Of a stretch of 64,000 bases of DNA, positions 27,424 through 34,415 are shown piece after piece. Position 1 is the first letter of the stretch. Each line of letters begins with the position of its first letter. The stretch comes from Abditibacteriaceae bacterium. Lineage in GTDB: Bacteria; Armatimonadota; Abditibacteriia; Abditibacteriales; Abditibacteriaceae. The stretch covers positions 9,625 to 73,624 of the forward strand of contig JANPJS010000034.1 of assembly GCA_031425655.1 (NCBI GenBank), read 5' to 3'. The position numbers were made by a program, and so were the translations under genes. Under the pieces are notes generated by a model. That model was not told where the DNA came from. It searched no databases and was given only the letters and a program-made list of their open reading frames with translations.

Positions 27424-29191
27424 ACGGTCGCCCCAATTTGGCGCAAAGCTCGCTTTCGCAGGCTCCTTTTTCAAAAGCCGATTCTTCGTTAGCAGGCTTT
27501 GCGCGGTTGTCGCCTTGTTTTTAGGCGCAGGTCAGGTGAAATGTGCCGAAATTCCGCGCCCGACGCTGGTGCGCGATGTCGTCGGCGTAACGCACGTCGC
27601 CGGGAAATACAACTTTACCGACAGCGATTTTCTCAACGAAGGCGCCGATAAAATCCTCGAACTCGGCTCGCGCGTGATTAAAGTCTGGTTTATGAAACCA
27701 GACACGTCATATCCCTTCAACTCGCAGTGGCCGCCAGCAAAAAACTTGGTTGAACTGGCGCAAACGCCTTATTTTAAAACGCTTTTTGCCAAGCCGTTTA
27801 CAACTTTCGTGCTGGAAACTTACGTGCCGGGGCGCGGCGATCATTACTACAAAAACGGCATGACGGCGGCTCAGATTCAAACCGAAAGCGACGACTTTTA
27901 CACGCTGACAAAGCACCTTTTGCAAACCTACAAAGGCAGCGGCAAAACTTTTGTTTTGCAAAACTGGGAAGGCGATTGGTCGCTGATTGGCGCCGGCTCC
28001 AATGATGAGCCGACGCAAACACAAATTGACGGCATGATTCAATGGCTGAACGCACGTCAGGACGGCGTGGACAAAGCGCGTCGTGAGTTGGGCGCAACCG
28101 GTGTGACCGTCGCGCACGCGGCGGAAGTTAATTTGATCAAGCGCGCGATGGACGGCAAAAAATCGGTCACCAACGACGTTTTGCCCAAAACGCACTGCGA
28201 TTTATATTCGACTTCGGCCTACGATATTCAAGACAATGCCAAAACGCTGATGGCCGGTTTGGATTATTTAGCTTCTAAAGCGCCGGACAGCGCGCTTTAC
28301 GGCGCCAAAAACATCTTCGTCGGCGAGTTTGGCTTTCCCGAAAACGGCGCCGGAATCGGGCCGCAAAAACAACGCGACAAAACGCGCGCGGCCTTGCAGA
28401 CGGCTTTGCGCTGGGGCGTGCGCTATGCGCTTTACTGGGAACTATATTGCAACGAAAAAGCGCGCGAATTTGAAGGCAAACCGCGAAACGAAGATATGCG
28501 CGGCTTCTGGCTGATACGCCCCGATGGGTCGAAGGCGCCGCTGTGGGATTACTTGAAAAAGATTATGGATTGGAACGTGGACGAGGCAGCACTGCCTTTT
28601 ATCGAAGACATTCGCGCGTTTGAGGCGGCGGATGCGAAGGCGTTTCCCGCGCCCAATCAAATTGTCTTCGTCGGCAGTTCCAGCTTTACCAACTGGGCGA
28701 ACATGGCGCGCGATTTAGCGCCGTTTCCTGTCGTGCGGCGCGGTTTTGGCGGCTCGCAAATGGACGACAGCTTGCGCTACGCCGGGCGCGTCGTGATTCC
28801 CTATAAACCCAAAATGGTCGTGGTTTACGCGGGCGATAACGACCTTGCGAATGGTCGCACGCCGCAGGCCATACTTGATGATTTCAAAGCGATGGTTGCC
28901 AATATTCACGCGGCGCTGCCCGACACCAAAATCGCTTATCTTTCCATTAAACCGAGCATCGCGCGCTGGCATTTAATCGAGAAAATTCGCCAGGCCAATG
29001 GTCTAATCCAAAACTGGACGATTCAGGATGCGCGCCTTTCTTACATTGACATTTTCCCGGCCACGCTTGGCGCGGATAATCAGCCAAACCCCGACATTTT
29101 TCTCGAAGATAATCTGCACATCAACCAAAAGGGCTACGATTTGTGGGCGCAGGTCATCAAAGCGCATTTAGCGCAGAACTTTCAACCTTAA
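27413..29191 (+). CDS. secreted bifunctional-looking protein: clan GH-A-like TIM barrel + C-terminal SGNH/GDSL esterase
   Basis: The in-frame ATG at 27413 gives a signal peptide; the track ORF start 27245 overlaps the previous gene. VLQNWEGDW and FVGEFGFPE resemble the GH-A acid/base and nucleophile. SGNH blocks are present: VFVGSSSF, GFGGSQ, VYAGDND, DNLHINQKGY. Confidence 0.75.
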   Translation: MIFKRSPQFGAKLAFAGSFFKSRFFVSRLCAVVALFLGAGQVKCAEIPRPTLVRDVVGVTHVAGKYNFTDSDFLNEGADKILELGSRVIKVWFMKPDTSYPFNSQWPPAKNLVELAQTPYFKTLFAKPFTTFVLETYVPGRGDHYYKNGMTAAQIQTESDDFYTLTKHLLQTYKGSGKTFVLQNWEGDWSLIGAGSNDEPTQTQIDGMIQWLNARQDGVDKARRELGATGVTVAHAAEVNLIKRAMDGKKSVTNDVLPKTHCDLYSTSAYDIQDNAKTLMAGLDYLASKAPDSALYGAKNIFVGEFGFPENGAGIGPQKQRDKTRAALQTALRWGVRYALYWELYCNEKAREFEGKPRNEDMRGFWLIRPDGSKAPLWDYLKKIMDWNVDEAALPFIEDIRAFEAADAKAFPAPNQIVFVGSSSFTNWANMARDLAPFPVVRRGFGGSQMDDSLRYAGRVVIPYKPKMVVVYAGDNDLANGRTPQAILDDFKAMVANIHAALPDTKIAYLSIKPSIARWHLIEKIRQANGLIQNWTIQDARLSYIDIFPATLGADNQPNPDIFLEDNLHINQKGYDLWAQVIKAHLAQNFQP

Positions 29192-29247
29192 GCCGCACCG
29201 TCGGGAACCGCATTTGCGCCCGCGTGTCGTTGAATGCGAACTTATTT

Positions 29248-29272
29248 GGGCAGCTTTCCCGCTGCCCTTTTT
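29248..29272 (+). terminator. intrinsic terminator
   Basis: gggcagc tttccc gctgccc followed by ttttt, 57 nt after the stop at 29191. Confidence 0.65.
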
Positions 29273-29288
29273 GCATTTGGAGATTCTC

Positions 29289-31100
29289 ATGGCCCGAAAA
29301 AACGACCGCAATCGCGGCGGCGATAACAACGATTTCGACTCCTCCGACGACATCAATTTCAGCAACAGCCCGTTTCAAGGCTTGCCCGAAACGCATTTGC
29401 AATCGTCGGCTCTGCTCGACGAAATTCTGACGAATTATCCGCACCCCGACACGCGGGCGCGGCAGTATTTAATGCTGTTGCGTCATCAGTTGGCAACCGA
29501 CGACAATCAACTCGAAGAAGCACGTCAGGCGCTTCAGGAATTCGAGGAGGTTTATAACAAGCTCACGCAACCGGCCAACCGCATCGGCGTTTACATCGCC
29601 AAATTAGATGGCGACAAGCCGAAAAGCAAAAAGCGTAAGCTGCCGTTTCAATCGCAGGAAGCGGCGCCCAAAGAAAACCATCTCATTGCGGTTGGCGATC
29701 AGGAGTTCATCGTCGGCGCCGATCCGATGCTTGAAGACAGTGACTTCGCCGCCGGCACGCGCGTGACGGTCAACGAAGCCTACGTTATCGTCGGCGATTT
29801 AGGCCCGGCGACCAACGGCCCGGTCGTGAAAATCAGCGAAGTTTTGGACGATGGTCGTCTGCGCGTGGCGATGGACTCTCAGGGAATGCAGTCGCGTCTT
29901 GTCTATCGCGGCGATTCGTTGAAAGAATTGGATTTAAAAGCCGGCGACGAAGTTCGCATGGAGCCGAATTTCAAAGTCGCGCTCGAACGCTTCGGGCAAA
30001 GCGAAAACAAAGAGTATTTTCTGGACACGGTGCCGGAGCTTCCCTGGGAGAAAATCGGCGGTCAGGAAGAAGCGATTGAGCTTATCAAAGACACCATCGA
30101 ATTGCCGCTGATTTACCCCGAACTGTTCGAGCGTTTCGGCAAAAAGCCGCTTAAAGGAATCCTGCTTTACGGCCCGCCGGGCTGCGGTAAAACGCTCATC
30201 GGTAAAGCGACGGCTTATAATGTCACGCGCGCCTTCAACGACCGCACCGGGCAAGAGCTGAAAGAGTATTTTATGCTCATCAACGGCCCGCAGATTCTCA
30301 ATATGTGGCTGGGCGAAACCGAGCGGCAGATTCGGGAAATCTTTCAGGTCGCGCGCGAAAAAGCCAAGTCGGGCCACTTGGTTTTCATCTTTATTGACGA
30401 AGCCGAAAGCATTTTACGCACGCGCAGCGCCGGGCGCGGCGGCTATATGCAAAACACCATCGTGCCGATGTTTTGCGCTGAAATGGATGGACTTGTCGCT
30501 TTAGAAAACGTTATCGTGATCCTGACCAGCAATCGCCCGGATTACATTGATCCGGCGATTTTGCGCCCCGAACGCATTGATCGCAAAGTCAAAATCCGCC
30601 GCCCGGACAAAGCCAGCGCACGCCAGATTTTCGATATTTATCTGCGCAAAGACTTGCCGTATTCGCCGGATTTGTTGAAAGAGTTCGATGGCGATGTCGA
30701 AAAAGCGCGGCAGGGCTTGATAGATCACGCGATGGAAAAAGTGTTCCGCAAAGCGCCGGACACCGAATTTGTCGAGGTTTACACGCGCAGCGGCGGCGTC
30801 GAAACGCTGCACTTCAAAGACTTGCTCAGCGGCGCCTTAATCATGAGTTTGGTGGAGCGCGCCAAAGACTTCGCCATCAAGCGCAGCATTGACGTGAAGA
30901 GTTCCAACGAAGGCATCAGCCGCGACGACATGGCGCGCAGCATCGAAAGCGAGTTCAAGGAAAACGAGATTTTCCCCAAGACCGATAATCTCGAAGATTG
31001 GCTGAAATTGCTCGATTACGAGCCGGAAAACGTGGTGACCATCAAGCCGATTCGTCCCGGCGCGAAGGAAAAATACACCGCGCGCAACGGCGTGATTTAA
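29289..31100 (+). CDS. arc: Mpa/ARC-type AAA+ ATPase (proteasome-associated ATPase homologue)
   Basis: ATG at 29289 (MARKNDRN...). Coiled-coil-like N-terminus, OB-like middle, Walker A LLYGPPGCGKTL, Walker B IFIDEAES. Regions collinear with my recollection of M. tuberculosis Mpa include NVIVILTSNRPDYIDPAILRPERIDRKVKIRRPD, EFDGD..., HFKDLLSGALIMSLVERAKDFAIKRSI and EFKENEIFPKTDNLEDW. It ends ...KYTARNGVI rather than GQYL. Confidence 0.85.
   Translation: MARKNDRNRGGDNNDFDSSDDINFSNSPFQGLPETHLQSSALLDEILTNYPHPDTRARQYLMLLRHQLATDDNQLEEARQALQEFEEVYNKLTQPANRIGVYIAKLDGDKPKSKKRKLPFQSQEAAPKENHLIAVGDQEFIVGADPMLEDSDFAAGTRVTVNEAYVIVGDLGPATNGPVVKISEVLDDGRLRVAMDSQGMQSRLVYRGDSLKELDLKAGDEVRMEPNFKVALERFGQSENKEYFLDTVPELPWEKIGGQEEAIELIKDTIELPLIYPELFERFGKKPLKGILLYGPPGCGKTLIGKATAYNVTRAFNDRTGQELKEYFMLINGPQILNMWLGETERQIREIFQVAREKAKSGHLVFIFIDEAESILRTRSAGRGGYMQNTIVPMFCAEMDGLVALENVIVILTSNRPDYIDPAILRPERIDRKVKIRRPDKASARQIFDIYLRKDLPYSPDLLKEFDGDVEKARQGLIDHAMEKVFRKAPDTEFVEVYTRSGGVETLHFKDLLSGALIMSLVERAKDFAIKRSIDVKSSNEGISRDDMARSIESEFKENEIFPKTDNLEDWLKLLDYEPENVVTIKPIRPGAKEKYTARNGVI
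31030..31100 (+). repeat. direct repeat copy 1: last 71 nt of the arc gene
   Basis: Identical to 31530-31600 at 68 of 71 positions. Differences are at 31076 c/t, 31087 a/g and 31099 a/g. The copies are exactly 500 bp apart. Confidence 0.95.
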
Positions 31101-31103
31101 CAA

Positions 31104-31145
31104 CAGAGCGGGCCAACGCATTATGCAGCGGCCCGCTCTGTTTTT
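31104..31145 (+). terminator. intrinsic terminator after arc copy-1 end
   Basis: cagagcgggcc ... ggcccgctctg followed by ttttt. Confidence 0.75.
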
Positions 31146-31176
31146 GAAGGGCTATAATCAATAATGGTGATGCCAG

Positions 31177-31530
31177 ATGAAGCAAATTCTTTTCTCACTT
31201 TTGCGTTTTGCAAACCTTGCATACATGGGTTTTTCTGACCTTCGGCAATGGGAAAAAATCAGGGCACAGGGTTCGGCGCGTTTCATTTTTTCGCGCAGTA
31301 TTGTGATGACCTGTTGGTGGAGCGCGCTTATCGGTTCTTCCTTTTACATTTGGGGAGACCCTATTTCCTTCAGCCCCAAAGGCATTTTGATTTTATTTGG
31401 GTGTTCCTATCCAATGGGTTTGATTTCGGCCTTCGGAGCATGGGGCGATTGTGAAACGTGGTATCTCAAAAAGCGGAATGAAGAATCCAAGCCTGCCACG
31501 GACAAAAACGGCAACTCCGCAAACGCCTGA
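31177..31530 (+). CDS. small hypothetical membrane protein (117 aa) carried on the low-GC insert
   Basis: Two or three hydrophobic segments (FIFSRSIVMTCWWSALIGSSFYIW, GILILFGCSYPMGLISAFGAWG). My hand count gives about 45 % GC over 31141-31500. TATAAT at 31153-31158 lies upstream. The stop tga (31528-31530) abuts repeat copy 2. Confidence 0.55.
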   Translation: MKQILFSLLRFANLAYMGFSDLRQWEKIRAQGSARFIFSRSIVMTCWWSALIGSSFYIWGDPISFSPKGILILFGCSYPMGLISAFGAWGDCETWYLKKRNEESKPATDKNGNSANA

Positions 31531-31600
31531 CGTGGTGACCATCAAGCCGATTCGTCCCGGCGCGAAGGAAAAATATACCGCGCGCAGCGGCGTGATTTGA
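31530..31600 (+). repeat. direct repeat copy 2: orphaned duplicate of the arc 3' end (encodes ...VVTIKPIRPGAKEKYTARSGVI-stop)
   Basis: See 31030-31100. It is followed by the convergent-gene terminator at 31619-31648. Confidence 0.95.
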
Positions 31601-31618
31601 GGCTGCCGGAGCAAAAGC

Positions 31619-31648
31619 AAACGGGAACAGAAAAGTCTGTTCCCGTTT
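31619..31648. terminator. bidirectional intrinsic terminator
   Basis: aaacgggaacag aaaagt ctgttcccgttt with an A-rich 5' flank and a T-rich 3' flank. It lies between repeat copy 2 and the stop of the convergent 31663-32202 gene. Confidence 0.75.
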
Positions 31649-31662
31649 GCGTTTGTGTCATT

Positions 31663-32202
31663 TTAGCGCGCTTCAACGAGATTGTTGAGCAGATTTTTAA
31701 GTGCAACGTCCGCGTGCGCATCGGGCGCGAGACCGCCGAAGCCGCGAAAAACGATGCGATCCTGAATATGGCTGGAAACCGTGTTGACTTCCATTTCTAC
31801 GGGAAACAGCGCCAACAGCGATGCCTGAGAAAGCAATTTTCCCAAAAATCCGACCTGATCCGGCCCTTCGAGATGCACTTCGATGCCCTCATCGCGTTTG
31901 CGGGCAAGGCGGAATGCGGTTAATTTAGGCATTCCGGTGCCGCTTAACAGCGATTTAGTCTGCGCCAGCGCCACGTAATCCATATATTCAGGCGTGGCAT
32001 CGCTATGTTTGAAATCGAGACGAAAAGTCGCATCCCACCGCCGCGTGCTGTCTTGAATCGCCTTCCCGGATAGCACGGAGACTTTGGAATCCGCCAGACC
32101 CGAAAACAGAAAAACCATCCAGTGAGGATGAGGAAAAAAACCGTAAATGCTCAGCTCGTAGGAGCCGTTGGCAAGATGTGAAAGCGAGGAACGCGGCGTC
32201 AT
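31663..32202 (-). CDS. hypothetical protein (possibly ACT-like regulatory fold)
   Basis: 179-aa ORF with plausible coding composition. The segment LEGPDQVGFLGKLLSQASLLALFPVEMEVNT is reminiscent of ACT domains. No firm motif. Confidence 0.55.
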   Translation of the reverse strand: MTPRSSLSHLANGSYELSIYGFFPHPHWMVFLFSGLADSKVSVLSGKAIQDSTRRWDATFRLDFKHSDATPEYMDYVALAQTKSLLSGTGMPKLTAFRLARKRDEGIEVHLEGPDQVGFLGKLLSQASLLALFPVEMEVNTVSSHIQDRIVFRGFGGLAPDAHADVALKNLLNNLVEAR

Positions 32203-32312
32203 AAAAACTCCTGTGAGCGTTAATTTATCAGGCCTCTGTTTCCGGCAGATTAAAGATTTTCGTGAATTCTCTGGGTTTTTACTCGAAAAAGATGACAGGC
32301 ATCGAAAAGCGA

Positions 32313-32340
32313 CAACGCCGGAGCAATTGCTCCGGCGTTG
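32313..32340. terminator. bidirectional intrinsic terminator
   Basis: caacgccggagc aatt gctccggcgttg with T-rich tracts on both strands, 42 nt beyond the GH2 stop. Confidence 0.7.
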
Positions 32341-32381
32341 TTGTTTTCTATCAACTCTGCGATTTCAGCAGCGCAGTTTCG

Positions 32382-34301
32382 TTACTTCTTTGGCGTGGCT
32401 TTCGTCGGCTTGGCGACCGGCGCTTTGGCGACCGGCGCTGCTTTAGCCGATTTGCCATCTAACTTTTCGATGGCGGCTTTGCGCGTTTGCGCTTTGCGAA
32501 TGCGCTTCATGTCGAATTTCAGTGAGCGGTCGAAGTTGTAGATGCCGTTTTCTTCGAGAAACACGTCGGTGAGCTGCGTGTAGCAGTATCCGAACATATC
32601 GGGATTATCGAGCAGCACGCCGCACAAGCCCTCAAAGCGCGTGTAGAACTCCTCAATGGTGCGAGGCCGCTTGCCATAACCCCACGACTGCTTGACATCG
32701 GTTTGCGGACGCCACCAGATGCCGCCGAATTCGGACACGAAGAACGGCTGGCCGCGATAATGAACGCTCCACGGCTTGTCGGGCGGGCCGTTGTAAAACG
32801 GCTTGCCTGCGGCTAAGCCTTCCTGGTTTTTGGCGAACTTTTTCGGGTCTTGCTCGTAGTCGTGGCAATCGTAAATATCGGTTTCAGGAATGCGGTGCGA
32901 ATAACCGGACGCATCGAGAACCGGGCGCGTCTGGTCAATGGCTTTGGTGCCCCAGAACATGGCGTGCGTGGCGTCATCGAGAAGGGAAATCTGCGAGCGA
33001 ATCTCCTCGTAGGTTTCATTCAGCGGGCACCATCCGACAATGCTGGGATGCGAATAATCGCGCTCGACGCATTCCGTCCACTGCGCGGCGCAGGTAATGC
33101 CCGGCTTCAAAATATTATCGTCGTGGCCGCGCAAACCCCAATCGGGAAACTCACTCCACACGATGTAGCCCAGTTTGTCGCAGTGATAAAGAAAGCGTTC
33201 CTCGAAGACTTTCTGGTGCAATCGCGCGCCGTTGAAACCTGCCGCGATGGAGAGCTTGATGTCGTTGACGAGCGCGTCTTCAGTGGGCGCGGTCATAATG
33301 CCGTCGGCGTAATAACCCTGATCGAGAACAAGGCGTTGAAAGACGGATTTGCCGTTGATTTTCACGGCTTTGCCGACGATAGTGACCGAGCGCAGGCCTG
33401 CATAGCTTTGCAGCGCGTCTTTAACTTGGCCGTTGGCATCCAATAATTCGATGAGCACATCATAAAGAAACGGGTCTTCGATAGACCACAAACGGCGGCG
33501 TTTTTCGGGAATTTCCAGCGCCAGATAGGGAATCATGTCGCTTTCGGCCTCGATTTGCTTTTGGATGACGACGCCTTGCTCGTCGCTGAGCGTGGCGCGC
33601 AGAAAAAGGCCGCCTCGCGGGCCGGTTAACGGCTGTTCAATGCGAATAATGCCGTGCGCGACGTTGGGCGTCAGGCGCGGGCGACGCAGATAGCATTTGG
33701 GCACCGGTTCCATCCACACGGTTTGCCAGATGCCCGTCGTGCGCGTGTAAAGGCACGAATGATTTTCGTAGCGTTGCGATTGCTTGCCGCGCGGCTGCAC
33801 CGGTTGCGCGTAATCACGCGCCCGCACGATAATGGTCACGGTGTCGCCGCCTTTGGCGATGCCTTCGAGGTTGGCCGAAAACGGCGTAAAACCGCCGCGA
33901 TGCCGCACCACTTCGCGGCAGGTGCCATCCGGCAAAGCAATCCAGACGGTTGTGTCGTAGTCACACGCTTGAAAGCGCAAAAGCACGTTTTGTGCGCCCC
34001 ATTCGGCGGGAATCGTCACCTCGCGCCGATACCAAACCGCATTCAGAAAATCGGTGTCGCCGATGCCCGACAACTCCGATTCGGGGCAAAACGGCACGAT
34101 GATTTTGCTTTCCAAGTCGCGCGCTTTGAGTCCGCGCTCTTCACCACTGTCGCCTTTATCAATTTCAAACTGCCATTCGCCGTTCAAACACAGCCATTGG
34201 TCGCGCACAAATTGCGGGCGCGGATATTCGGGGCGCGGCACGTTGGGCGCCGCTGCGTCGGCGGATTGAACCGCTTGGTCACTCGTTTTCTTTGCAGCCA
34301 T
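32382..34301 (-). CDS. glycoside hydrolase family 2-like enzyme with Lys/Ala/Pro-rich C-terminal tail
   Basis: PRPEYPRPQFVRDQWLCLNGEWQFEID, NGARLHQKVFEERFLYHCDKLGYIVWSEF and WCPLNETYE fit the GH2 sugar-binding, Ig and TIM layout. The ATG at 34301 has gaggag upstream, whereas the track start 34370 is TTG. The tail reads KSAKAAPVAKAPVAKPTKATPKK. Confidence 0.75.
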   Translation of the reverse strand: MAAKKTSDQAVQSADAAAPNVPRPEYPRPQFVRDQWLCLNGEWQFEIDKGDSGEERGLKARDLESKIIVPFCPESELSGIGDTDFLNAVWYRREVTIPAEWGAQNVLLRFQACDYDTTVWIALPDGTCREVVRHRGGFTPFSANLEGIAKGGDTVTIIVRARDYAQPVQPRGKQSQRYENHSCLYTRTTGIWQTVWMEPVPKCYLRRPRLTPNVAHGIIRIEQPLTGPRGGLFLRATLSDEQGVVIQKQIEAESDMIPYLALEIPEKRRRLWSIEDPFLYDVLIELLDANGQVKDALQSYAGLRSVTIVGKAVKINGKSVFQRLVLDQGYYADGIMTAPTEDALVNDIKLSIAAGFNGARLHQKVFEERFLYHCDKLGYIVWSEFPDWGLRGHDDNILKPGITCAAQWTECVERDYSHPSIVGWCPLNETYEEIRSQISLLDDATHAMFWGTKAIDQTRPVLDASGYSHRIPETDIYDCHDYEQDPKKFAKNQEGLAAGKPFYNGPPDKPWSVHYRGQPFFVSEFGGIWWRPQTDVKQSWGYGKRPRTIEEFYTRFEGLCGVLLDNPDMFGYCYTQLTDVFLEENGIYNFDRSLKFDMKRIRKAQTRKAAIEKLDGKSAKAAPVAKAPVAKPTKATPKK

Positions 34302-34415
34302 TGAGTTAAAAACTCTCCTCAAATTTGGGTCAATCCCTGCAATTTTAGATGCCTCGTCTGCGTTGGGCAACCCGCTTATTATCCAGCCGCCGGGATAATC
34401 GAATTGTTCTGGAAA

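Noticed and set aside
31030-31600. The 71-bp arc duplication as a simple assembly artefact.
   Set aside because: Not fully excluded. However, the copies differ at three positions, have different flanks and terminators, and enclose unique lower-GC sequence with an ORF. It was therefore kept as a finding, with read validation recommended.
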